Below are positions 52,383 to 64,000 of a DNA stretch of 64,000 bases, in pieces. Position 1 is the first letter of the stretch, and each line of letters begins with the position of its first letter. The notes below the pieces were generated by a model. That model saw nothing but the letters and a program-made list of their open reading frames with translations, made no database searches and was not told where the DNA came from. The stretch is from Piromyces finnis finn (lineage: Eukaryota > Fungi > Neocallimastigomycota): positions 1-64,000 of the forward strand of contig MCFH01000061.1 of NCBI GenBank assembly GCA_002104945.1. The letters run 5' to 3'. The position numbers were made by a program, and so were the translations under genes.

Positions 52383-55300
52383 TCTGGACCCCACTTATTA
52401 GTATCCCACCTACTAGTGTCTACCACCCTTACTCCTTCACTACCCACCTATCGCCACTACCCCACCTACTACCCACAACTCCGCTACCCACTAGTCGCCA
52501 CCACTACAACTACCAACCACTATTCCGCTACCCAACCACCCTCTTTCGCCTTTGCCCTCAACCCTCAAATTTCGCAACCTTTTCCGCACCCCAAAATCCG
52601 CTTCCCCTCGAGTCATATCATTTCCCTAACCTTCACGTGTAGTCTCCATTTCTGAAGAATCCACGTGATACCCTCTCAACTTTTCTTGAACACTTTTACA
52701 CTTCACTTTTTCAACACTTAGATTTTTTCAAAAATTGAGAATTTCCATTTTTTGAAAATTCTCAAAATTTTTCTAAGTGTCGTGGAAGTGTCCATGTCCA
52801 AATTATTATGACGTGCCAGTGTCCATAATTTTTTGGGTCGTCCGGCGAAACGACCCTTAGGACGGGCAGTGTCACAATAACATATATAAAAATTTAAAAA
52901 ATTTGGACACATGGAAAAAATTAAAAATTTTTTTTAAAATTTGAAAATTTGAAAATTTGAAAAAATTTATTTTTTAAATTTTTATTAAAAAATTTCAAAG
53001 TATAAAATTTCTAATATTTGAAATTATTAAATTTTTTAAAATTATTAAAATTTTATTATTAAAAATTTTAATTTAAATTTATTAACTATTTACAATAATT
53101 ATATTAATTATTAATTTATAAAAATTAAATATTTTATAATTAGATAATAATTAATTAAAATTAAAAAATGTAATAATTAAAATTGTTCATGTATAAAAAG
53201 AACAAAAATTGACAAAAATTACGAAGCTTTAGCGTTAGTAATTTTTTAACCTAAAGTTAATAAAATTTATAAACTCCTATAAAACCTAAAACTTTAAAAA
53301 TTTTAATATTTTTAATAACTTAATATATGCTGATATTAAGTTATTGCTAAAATAAAAATATTATTTAAATTTCTTTATATAAATATTATTAGCTTTACGC
53401 CTTCAATAGGAAAGCGTATTATATTTATTAATTAATATAACTAGTGTGCTTACCACACTTTTCTTTAATAAAAAATCGCTTTTTGACAAATTTTTATGAT
53501 ACAACTCGGTTCAATACACTCAGGATTTGTGGGTTGACTTATATACTTTATTTATAAATTATTCAAATACATACTTAATATTATATGATCTTAAGAATAT
53601 CTTCTCCTAACTATTATATTCTTAGATAGAGACTAATTTACTATATTTTCTACTAATTTATACCAAAATCTAACTACAAAGTTTGTTTGTTTATCTGTTT
53701 ATATTAAATACTATAATTACTATAAATACTTTAATTTATCACATGATTATAAAAATATGATAAATACATTAATGTACTAAATAAAATGTACTAAAAACTA
53801 CATTATAATCTATTCCAATATTACATTATTTTATGTTTATATAACATTTATAGTAATATTCAATTATATTATTAATTAAGGTTTTTAGGTTCATTTTATA
53901 TCATTTATGATACAAGATGCATAGAAAAATATAATATTTTAAATATTTTATGAATAATATCTAATCCTTTTATAAATTGTATATCAATTACTAGTGTTAA
54001 TAATAATTAAACTATATTAGTATAAATTTTTATGACGCAAATGTTACACATATATTAGAATAATTAATTACACAAGAAATGAAAAGATATAAAAATAGTG
54101 AAAAAGAACAAGATATAAAAAAAGAGAGAAGAGAGAACTTTTCTGTAAAAGTTTATAAAAAAAACAGATTATAAAATTTTACAATAAAACATAAAACACG
54201 AAATAAATAAAAAGAAACAAGAAAAACAAAATCTATTTAAAAATATCTCTTTTATTAATTTTATTTAGTTATTAACTAAATAATAGTCAATAACAATTAC
54301 ATCATTTTAATCAAGAAATTTTACATGTATTTATATTTTTCGTAAATTATATTTTAATATACTGTTCTATTTAATTATACATATATTCAATATAAAATAA
54401 ACAAAACTAATTTAATACTAATTTAATTAAATAATAAAATAATAAAACTAAACTAAAACTAATTAAATACACTTTTGATTCAATTTGTGTAAACTGCAAA
54501 TTGAATATAGTCCATGTATTACCTATATATTAATTAAATATTAACAATACTATTTATTATATATTTATAATTAAAAATGCTAATTTAAAACTACGCTAAA
54601 GTTATTAAACTAATTTTAATTAAATAAAAATTTTTTAAGATTTAATTTGAATATTTAAAATATTTAAATTTAATTATCCATTAATTTAAACATTTATCCA
54701 AATTTCATTTGTAACTTTGATATTTTAAAATTAATCTTTATTTAATTATTCCATAAAATTTATACAATAAATTTTATAAACAATTTTTTCATTAAAATAT
54801 CAAAATTATTATTCAATAATTATTAATTAATTATTAAATAATTTAAAGATATACTTTATATCTTTACATTTTCATTTATAAATAATATTTGATATTTTAG
54901 TTTTAAGTATAAGTTCTATTTTATTTTATTTTAGTTACAGTTTATTTTAGTTTAGTTTTAGGTTACTAATTACGCATTTAGTATTTATTATATTTAATTC
55001 AGTTTAAAATATTAATTATAAAAGAAAAGAATAATTATTGTTTATTTTTATTATTTCAAAAAGTTATATTTTATTATTAATAAGAATTTTATCAACATAT
55101 TTTTATATTTACATTTTATATTTAAGTATTTATATTTATTAAACAATAACTTTCGATTCTACTAGTATTGAATGTTATTAATGTTATAATCATAATAATA
55201 ATAATAATAATTAAATAAAGAAACTTTAAACCAAAATCTATTTAATTATATTATTATAAAATTTATTATTTTTATTATTTGTTTTTATTATTTATTTTTA

Positions 55301-55424
55301 TTATTATAAAATAGAAATAAATACAATATTATCTAATATATTATTCAACTCTCATTCCCTATTGCTAACGTTCACAATTATATTTTATTTATGGTGTTTT
55401 TGAAATATATTGCATCATAAAATT

Positions 55425-55442
55425 TGGTGGAGAATCCGGGCG
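55425..55442 (+). promoter_or_regulatory. tRNA-type PBS (tRNA-Ala-like 3' end)
   Basis: TGGTGGAGAATCCGGGCG; first 13 nt identical to the TRIM PBS at 43269. Confidence 0.65.
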
Positions 55443-55573
55443 TGGTAATACTGAAGTAATATGAAAACAGTTATAATAATATGAGATTTATAAAGATAGG
55501 AAAACATAATAATAAATATTATAATATATATATATAAATATAAAAAAAAAAGAGAAAAGAAAAGAAAAAGAAA

Positions 55574-56632
55574 ATGGATCCGTTTGAAATAATAAACATG
55601 CTTTCATTGTTGGATGACTTTGGAAAGGATATTGATAATTGGATCCAAGAATTTAATGAAATTATGAAAATGTATGAAATAATTAGTCCAAGGCGAATAT
55701 TTACTTTTATAAAGGAATGTGTTAATGAAGATGTAAAGTATATACTCGAAGAATATAAAATTAATTATGGAAAATATCCAACCTTTGATGATATACAAAA
55801 ATTAATTGAAGAATATTTAAATATAACACAAAATGATAAATTCAATATTTTATTATCATTGAAAATAAAAAATAATGAAAGAATAAAGCTATTTAATTAT
55901 CGCGTAAGAATAAAATATAATTTATTAGATGAAAATTATAAAAAACTTTTTAATCTTAATAATTATGTTGAAATACTAAAAAGTAGACCATATATTTATT
56001 CAAATGTTCTATTAAATGATTGTAAAACTCTTGAAGAAGCTTTTAAAGTTGCAGAGTTAGCTTCAAAAGTTGAGGAATATAATGTATTTAATAATGAAGT
56101 AAATTATTCTTTTGGTTCAATTATGAATATTAATATGACAACTTTAAATCCAAGAATTAATGATATTAATATTAATAGTAATGATGATTGTGAAAAAAAT
56201 ATGGATTTATCAAATGTAAATAATGAAATAGAAAATATAATAGAAGATGAAAATGAAGCTGATACATGTAATGAAAATTTTAATAATAAATATGAGGACA
56301 TGGAATGTAATAATAATTTATTAAATTCAATAAACCTAAGTGATTGTGATGAAGATAAAATTCTAAAACTTCAAGATAAAATACTTAATAATAAAATATT
56401 AGAAAATTATAAATATTTACGTAATAAAAAGATTAAAAAACGTTTAGAAAGCATAATTAATGGAGTTGATATTGAAGATAAAAATACCAATGATGAAAAT
56501 AATATTTATAAAAATAATTATATTAGAGATACTTTAAAGAATTATTGTCAATTATTAATAGTTAATTATAAATATAATAAAACAGAAATAGATACAATGC
56601 AAAGTAAAATAAAAGAAAAAATTTTCATTTAA
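55574..56632 (+). CDS. Gag-like protein of a pol-less LTR element
   Basis: 352 aa; DIDNWIQEF and LLSLKIKNNERIKLFNYRV resemble retrotransposon capsid motifs; lies between a PBS and a PPT/LTR. Similarity judged by eye only. Confidence 0.6.
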   Translation: MDPFEIINMLSLLDDFGKDIDNWIQEFNEIMKMYEIISPRRIFTFIKECVNEDVKYILEEYKINYGKYPTFDDIQKLIEEYLNITQNDKFNILLSLKIKNNERIKLFNYRVRIKYNLLDENYKKLFNLNNYVEILKSRPYIYSNVLLNDCKTLEEAFKVAELASKVEEYNVFNNEVNYSFGSIMNINMTTLNPRINDININSNDDCEKNMDLSNVNNEIENIIEDENEADTCNENFNNKYEDMECNNNLLNSINLSDCDEDKILKLQDKILNNKILENYKYLRNKKIKKRLESIINGVDIEDKNTNDENNIYKNNYIRDTLKNYCQLLIVNYKYNKTEIDTMQSKIKEKIFI

Positions 56633-56832
56633 TTATGGAAATAATAGAAAGGATACCAAAATGTTAGAAAGGAACTATAGGTATAAGAGAAAAAGAAAAC
56701 GATAAATACTTGAAATATAAATTTTATTTTTATTTATTATATATTTAGTATAAGAACAATATAAAAACCTATAATTTTATTAATCCTTTGTTGACTTCAA
56801 GGGACGAAGTCTCATCTAAAGTGGGGGCATCT

Positions 56833-57419
56833 TGATACGTGACGAACAGAAAATACTACTTTTGGTAGAAATTCCAGGTTAATTCATATAAGGGTTAAGA
56901 TAATAATAAATTAATAATAACTTTAATTAATAATGAAATTAATTAATATGAAATTAATTAAAAAAAAAAAATATTTAATATGTACTAATATAAATATAAT
57001 TAATAATTAAATAATTAAAATGATGTTCTTGATTTTGTAATTAAGTTCCAAAGATAATAAAATATAATAAAATGAGAAATTTAGTAATAGTTTAGTAATA
57101 TTAATAGTGAATAAGTAGTATATTTATATAGGAAATATAGTTATTTTAAATATGTATTATTAATAATAAATAAATGTAAAAATACTAATTATAATATATT
57201 TTAATAAAGATAAATATTTAATAAGAATAAAAGGTTTATTTTGTTTATAATAATAATAATAATAATAATAAATAATAATAAATAAATAAATAAATAAATA
57301 CATAATAACTATATCACATAATTATTAATAACTGGAATATATTATTTCAGCAATATTCCTTATTACCACAACCTCAAAATAAATAATAATATTATGATAT
57401 TTTATTTTATAACGTATCA
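56833..57419 (+). mobile_element. Family E LTR (TGATACG...CGTATCA)
   Basis: 7-bp perfect terminal inverted repeat; follows purine tract AAAGTGGGGG. Confidence 0.65.
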
Positions 57420-57424
57420 TTTAT

Positions 57425-57552
57425 TGATAAATAATTAAATTTATAAATTATGAATTTATAATAATAATAATAATAATATTAAAATACAGACAGTTAAGAA
57501 TTAAAATAATTAACTTGTATAAAATTATTAAATTAAAAATTATAAATTTAAA

Positions 57553-57583
<31 letters not shown>

Positions 57584-58025
57584 TAAATTAAATAGTTATA
57601 TTTGTTTATAATTATACTTTAAAATAATAATTTTGTATAAATAGTAATAGAAAATGCTCTTTTTAAAAGATGTTCCTAATAATCCAGTAAAATTAGATAT
57701 ATTATATTAAATTTAATAAATGGTTACTAATTATCCAAGAGAGAAAAATTAGATATTTATTTTAATAAAACAATATTTTTATATAACTTCTATGATACAT
57801 ACAATATGCATTAATTCTTAATTATTTAATAATACGAGAGTTATTAAATAATATCATAATTTTATAATTAAACATAATAAACTTTACATTTTTTAAAAAA
57901 AATAATACTTGCAAATGAACAAGTATAAAAATCATTTATTTTATTTTCTTATTTTTTTTTAGATACAAATATTATCACTTTCTATAGTAAAATATAGAAT
58001 TAAGATAATATTTTCTATTGTATCA
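57425..58025 (+). mobile_element. Family D solo LTR, diverged
   Basis: TGATAAAT...GTATCA; homologous to 44075-44666. Confidence 0.75.
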
Positions 58026-58026
58026 T

Positions 58027-58080
58027 TGTGAAAAAGCGATTTTTTATTAAAGAAAAGTGTGGTAAGCACACTAGTTATAT
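58027..58080 (-). mobile_element. U5-end fragment of the gypsy LTR
   Basis: Reverse complement of 47365-47418. Confidence 0.75.
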
Positions 58081-59175
58081 TGTCACGAATACTAGTGAAA
58101 TCTACAATTTATGAAATCTACAATTTCAAGTGATCTTGAAATTGTAAAATTATTTATAAAATTTTAAAATCAACAATATTTTATTTCCAAATAAATTATA
58201 AATTTATTTGAAAATATATAGAAATATTTAAAAAATTTAAAAAAGGTTAAGATATGATCTTAACCCTTAATAATTTTTATAATAAATAACTCTAACCCTT
58301 ATCGTCATAATTTAATAATGAAAAACAATCGTAACTCGACAACGAATAGCGATTTTGGATAATTGTGTTTTCGGTAATTGTACGTTCGCTAGAAAGCCAC
58401 GCTCGAGATAAATAACATATCTTAAAATCAGGTCAATATCTCTGCTGGTTCACGAGATATTCCAATTTGAAGATATTTTGTTAGTAATGATTAATTGTTT
58501 ATTCAGAGAATGATCACCCTTGATGCATCGAACATAAATCATTCACTCAAAAGGATAAAAATTATTCTTTTAATTAAATTAAAATTATTTTCCAGAACTA
58601 ATTAACTTTATTTTATAATAATTATTTCAATAACATAACTTATAATCTTTGAATTAGAAGATTATAATTATTAATATTTTATGCAATGAATTATATTATA
58701 ATTAAGAAATAATTAATATTATGAGTATTATAAACAATAGTTATTTTTAATAATTAGTAATAAGTCATAAGTTTAGTTTTAGTATTATAAAATATATTAT
58801 GAATATAATCATGTATTGAAAAGTTATTTTATTATTAAATGTAAAATTACAAATAGTATAAATAGTTTAGAATAGTTTATGAAATTAAAATCTTTGTAAA
58901 GATTATTAATAATAATAAGTAATAATAATAATTAACAATAATTAATACTTAATAAGTATTGCTATTAAATAATCTTATTTTCATATTCTTTATTAATATT
59001 TTATTTAAATAAAATAAAAAGAAATTATTTTAACCACAATATATAATTTAACTATTCGTTTATAAAACAATTAAGATTATTTTAATAAAACATTTTTTCT
59101 AACCTAGTTATCTTTTAATCTTTTATTTAATTTAATATTTTAATATTAAATTATAAGTTTAGTAAAACTTTTACA
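58081..59175. mobile_element. Family A solo LTR
   Basis: TGTCACGA...TTTTACA; colinear with 19473-20483; no TSD found. Confidence 0.82.
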
Positions 59176-59723
59176 AACAATAATTAAAATACAGATAAAA
59201 ATTAAAATATTTAATTTGTATAAAATTATTAAATTAAAAATTGTAAATGTAAACTTTTTGTTTATTTAATTGTTTAATTCTTTTTAAATTAAATAGTTTA
59301 TATTTGTTTATAGTTATACTTTAAAATAATAATTTTGTATATATAGTAATAGAAAATGTTCTTTTTAAAAGTTGTTCCTAATAATCCAGAGCGAAAAATT
59401 AGATATATATTTTTAAATATTAAATTCAAAAATGTTTTTATAATAAAACTTATTTTTAAAAGAGTTACTAATAATCCCTGAAAATTAGAATATAAAATAT
59501 ACATTTCTTATTTAATAATACTAGAGTTATTAAATAATGATATAATTTTATAATTAAATAAACTTTATTTTATAAAACTAACTAATACTTGAAAATGAAC
59601 AAGTATAAAAATCATTTATTTTTATTTTCTTTATTTTTATTTATTAAATATTTTTTTTTGGATACAGATATTATCACTTTCTATATTTCATTTATAGAAT
59701 TAAGATAATATTCTACCGTGTCA
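59176..59723 (+). mobile_element. Family D LTR, 5'-truncated
   Basis: Homologous to family D downstream of the TAA tract; ends GTGTCA. Confidence 0.7.
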
Positions 59724-60139
59724 TTTTTGTCTCAATAACATATGTAAAAATTTAAAAAATTTGGAAACATGGAAAAAAATGTCAAGAGTTTGAGTGGATT
59801 TAGAATTATAATTAAGTCTACTAGGTTAGGATAGGCTTAATTATATAGTAAATAATAAATTTTTATAAATAAAAGAATAATAAATATAGTTTTTTTTTTT
59901 AAGAATTATTTTATTTAATTTTTATAATATAAATAAATGATAATTATCAATTTTAAATATTAAATTTACTATATAAAAATGAGTATTAATAATCTCACAA
60001 AGAACTTCTTAAAGTTGTTCTTTGTTCAACTTATTTATGCTTTCATTTTAATATAATATTTTAATATAATATTGATATTAATAAAGTATAATAATAATAT
60101 AATTTAAGTTATACATGTATAATAATATAAATAATATAA

Positions 60140-60378
60140 ATAATATAAATATAAATATAAATATAAATATAAATATAAATATAAATATAAATATAAATAT
60201 AAATATAAATATAAATATAAATATAAATATAAATATAAATATAAATATAAATATAAATATAAATATAAATATAAATATAAATATAAATATAAATATAAAT
60301 ATAAATATAAATATAAATATAAATATAAATATAAATATAAATATAAATATAAATATAAATATAAATATAAATATAAAT
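60140..60378. repeat. (ATAAAT)n microsatellite, ~40 units
   Basis: Direct reading. Confidence 0.95.
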
Positions 60379-61779
60379 AAAATATAAGAATAATATAATA
60401 TAATTTTCTTTAAATATCGATATTAATAAGTTGTTAAAAATAATATTAATAACTATTTAAATGAATCTTATTTTACTAACTGGTTTTTTTAATATTAATT
60501 AATTGCTACACTATTTATTTCCGGATAATAAATAGCTTTCCAATTAATATTTATATTAAATAAACTATTATTAGTAAAAATATTATTAAATTAATATTTT
60601 AATTAATTTAATTAATAATTTCAAAATTATGGAAATTTCATGAATTGTGATTTTGACAGTAAAATGTAGGTTAGAAAATAATAATAATAATAATATAATA
60701 TTGTAAAATAAATTATTATTGTACATTAATGTACATAGTTAATAATAGTAATAATAATACTTTATAATAATATATCGGAGTTATATAGAAAAAAAATGGT
60801 ATAAAAAAAATGATATAAAAATAGTATAAAAAAAGAATAAAAGAAGAAAGGAGAGAAAAAATAGATAATAATTAGTTTAAGAATATTTTGGAAGAAAATT
60901 ATTTAAAGGATTTAAATAATTCTATTAGGTTATATTATTTATTATTAAATATAAAACATTCTTATTCTTTTAATTGTAATACTTTTACTTAATTAATTAT
61001 AAATAAAGATTAATGATATAATAAAAATATTTTATAAATTATATGTTTCTTTCTTTTTATTTTTTTAGTAATCATATTGAAGTTGTTATTATTAACTTTC
61101 TTTATTAGAATATATTGTTTTATAATTCCCTATTTACTTTGTCCTAAAATAAATAAATTATTTTGTGGTACTTTATGAAAACATTGTATCATTTTGATAA
61201 ATAATGAAATTACTAAATATAAAATCAAGTTATAGTTTAATTAATTACTTTACCAAAATTCTAAAATGAAATTAATCCTTAACACTGAATATATTTTGAT
61301 TATTGAAAGAAAATAATAAACTTTAATTAATCGAGATCAAAATATATAACTTTTGTTAAATTAATTGTTAAATTAAATATTTAATAACTTCTTTAATAAA
61401 TTACACTTTAAAAGTAAACAAATATAATAATTCATGTTATAAAATAATATAATTAAACATTGCTCAATTTTAAAAATACTTATTTTTTTATCTTAATTTT
61501 TTAGTTAGCTCTTATAAATATTGTTTTTATAAAATTTATTTTACTTAAATATATTATATATTATATTATATTAATAAATAAAAATAAAAATGAGTTCATG
61601 CTTGTTTTTAATATCTAAATAAAACATTATTTATTTTTTTTTAAATTTATTTAGTAAATAAAAAAGAAACTTAATATTTATCCACTATATTAAGAAATTA
61701 AATTCTTATTCTTTAATATACAATATTAATTTAATAATATAAAATAAAAACAAAAAATAAAGTTAAACTAAAAATTATT

Positions 61780-61872
61780 TGCTCATGGCGGGGGTCGAAC
61801 CCGCGATCTTCGCGTTGCATAAGAGGATCACCCTTATAAGCACGACGCCTTAAACCTCTAGGCTACACGAGC
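61780..61872 (-). tRNA. tRNA-Ile: tRNA-Ile(UAU), intron-containing (outside the palindrome)
   Basis: Gene identical to the other six; flanks slightly diverged. Confidence 0.93.
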
Positions 61873-61935
61873 TGGTCAAAATTTTTTTGCTAACAACCAA
61901 TCTTAAATACAAATTATTTAATACCAATAGGTTAG

Positions 61936-62927
61936 TGTGAAGATATTAACTGGATTTAAAACAAATTCAGATAATATTTATAATTAATTAAACATAATAA
62001 TTAGAATTAAATAATTTCAATAATTATTTTAAAACACCTTTAAAAGTCACCTTTTAAATTTTGATTCAGTGAAAGGGTTATGATTTCAAAAAATTTAATA
62101 TCAATACACTATAACCCTTAACCAAAAATAAACAAACACGAAACAAGGCGTGACTCTCCAAAAACGAACGCTACGACTATAAGTACTACGGCTGTGAAAC
62201 CAAGTTTATTAGAAAGCTTAAGGGAAAAGCTATATTTTGGTACAATCGCGGTCCTTCTAACTGGTCATTTAAGGAAGATATGGTCATTTGAAGATTTTAA
62301 TAAGTAAATTAAAATCAATATGATATCAAATATGAATCATAGACATTTCTTATGACTTGACGAAAATTAAAAAGATATCAATAGAAATTTTAATTATATT
62401 AATTTAATTAATAATAGTGACTGTTACTAAAAATAGAACTAAACCATTTAGGTGTAACAGTTAACATTTATAAATTAAATAATTCTAATTATTATAAATT
62501 AGGTTAACGGATCAAGTGTTTAAATGATTAATCATATGTTTATTTTATTTTATGTCATAACAAAACAAACAAACAAACAAACAATCTTATTATATTATTA
62601 ATATATTACATGTAATACTTTATTTCTATCAATTTAATAATCTGAACAAAGAATATAAAATAGAATGATTTGAATTCGATTTTAATTCTTTGTAAAGATT
62701 ATAGTTATAATCTTAATTATATAGTTATTAAATATATTATCATTTATATTATTATTACTAAATAAATAAAATTTTATAAAAGGTTATTCTAAAAAATAAA
62801 TATTAATTTTTCATTTGGAAGTTTAAAGTATTATTTTATATTTAAATTTAATTTCTTAAAAAACATATTTACTATATAATTAATAACATTCTGACCTGGC
62901 CGCATAACCAAATCCCAAAACTTAACA
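61936..62927. mobile_element. Family C solo LTR, independent insertion
   Basis: TGTGAAGA...CTTAACA with TSD GTTAG at 61931-61935 and 62928-62932. Confidence 0.86.
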
Positions 62928-62935
62928 GTTAGTTG

Positions 62936-63848
62936 TGTCACGAATACTAGTGAAATCTGCAATTTTAAGATCACTTGAAATTGTGAAATTACTTATGAAA
63001 TTTTCAAAATCAATAATATTTTAATTTCAAATAAATTATAAAATTATATTAAGAAATATTTAAAAAATTTAGAAAAGGTTAAGATATGACCTTAACCCTT
63101 AATAATTTTTATAATAAATAACTCTAACCCTTATCGTCAAAATTGGATAAGGAAAAACATGCGTATCTCCTCAACGAATGGCGATTTTGGATAATTGTAT
63201 TTTCGGTAATTATACGTTCGTTAGAAAGCCGCGCTCGAGAACTACAACATATGTTGTAGTTCTCAATACGAGCATGTTATCTCTGTTGGTTCGTGAGATA
63301 TTAAGGTTTAAAGATAATTATGAACAAATGATTAATGAAAATTCAGAGAATGGTCACCCCTGATATATTAATCATAAATCATTCTGTAAAACTAAATTAT
63401 CTTTTCCTATTAATTAAAGAGAATTAAATTAAATTACATTATAATAATTCTCCGGAAGATAATAACTTTATTTTACAACAACTATTTCAATAAGACAAAT
63501 TATAATCTTTGAATTAAAAGATTAATAACTATTATGATATTCGATGAATTATATTATTATTAATATAATTAATATTATTAATAATATAAACAATACTTAA
63601 ATTTAATAATCATGAATAAGCTTTAAGTTTAGTTTTAATATTATAAAATATATTATAAATATAATCATGTATTGAAAAGTTATTTTATTATTAAATGTAA
63701 AATTACAGATATTATTTTAAACTTTAATAAATATAAAATCTTAATAGTTATAATTAATAAATATCTCTTAAAATATTATTTAATTATGTTTTATAATAAA
63801 ACATTTCTAATTAAATAAATAATCATGAATCCACTAATATTCATGACA
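62936..63848. mobile_element. Family A-related LTR with variant distal end
   Basis: Starts TGTCACGAAT and ends ATTCATGACA (10-bp inverted repeat, one mismatch); the distal end also occurs near 746-905. Confidence 0.72.
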
Positions 63849-63853
63849 CTTGT

Positions 63854-64000
63854 AAAAGTTTTACTAAACTTATAATTTAATATTAAAATATTAAAAGTTT
63901 TACTAAACTTATAATTTAATATTAAAATATTAAAAGTTTTACTAAACTTATAATTTAATATTAAAATATTAAAAGTTTTACTAAACTTATAATTTAATAT
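63854..64000. repeat. 39-bp tandem repeat derived from the family A LTR terminus (runs off window end)
   Basis: AAAAGTTTTACTAAACTTATAATTTAATATTAAAATATT starts at 63854, 63893, 63932 and 63971. Confidence 0.9.

Larger units (their letters stand above)
46800..53488 (+). mobile_element. Full-length Ty3/gypsy (chromovirus, Tf1-like) LTR retrotransposon
   Basis: 619-bp LTRs at 46800-47418 and 52870-53488 (about 2 differences); TGTCA...TGACA; flanks AATTT(T); PR-RT-RH-IN order; purine tract before the 3' LTR. Confidence 0.97.

Noticed and set aside
60115-60387. 90-aa (NI)n ORF
   Set aside because: Translation of the (ATAAAT)n microsatellite.
63178-63363. 61-aa ORF inside the family A LTR
   Set aside because: Not preserved as a listed ORF in the other family A copies.
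63854-64000. CRISPR-like array
   Set aside because: Units are contiguous with no unique spacers, and the context is eukaryotic.

Overview
Extremely AT-rich eukaryotic DNA with no cellular protein-coding gene. The composition and element types suggest an anaerobic gut fungus (Neocallimastigomycota); this is inference. The window consists of LTR retrotransposons, solo LTRs and nine or ten tRNA loci (7x tRNA-Ile(UAU), plus Glu, Arg and Trp). Positions 1-42133 form a near-perfect inverted duplication with arms of at least 20.5 kb around a 1.2-kb spacer, and that spacer is itself a solo LTR. Main observations: (1) three related ~1-kb solo-LTR families are repeatedly inserted, in one orientation, 63-66 bp upstream of tRNA-Ile(UAU), stacking on the same 5-bp target duplication; (2) a Tf1-like self-priming chromovirus (11-nt PBS complementary to its own predicted 5' end) sits 12 bp upstream of tRNA-Trp, and a TRIM-like element ends 15 bp upstream of a tRNA-Glu/tRNA-Arg pair; (3) a full-length copia element has a PBS complementary to the anticodon arm of tRNA-Lys(CUU), implying half-tRNA priming. 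All calls were made by eye from the sequence; no database searches were run, so novelty is untested.
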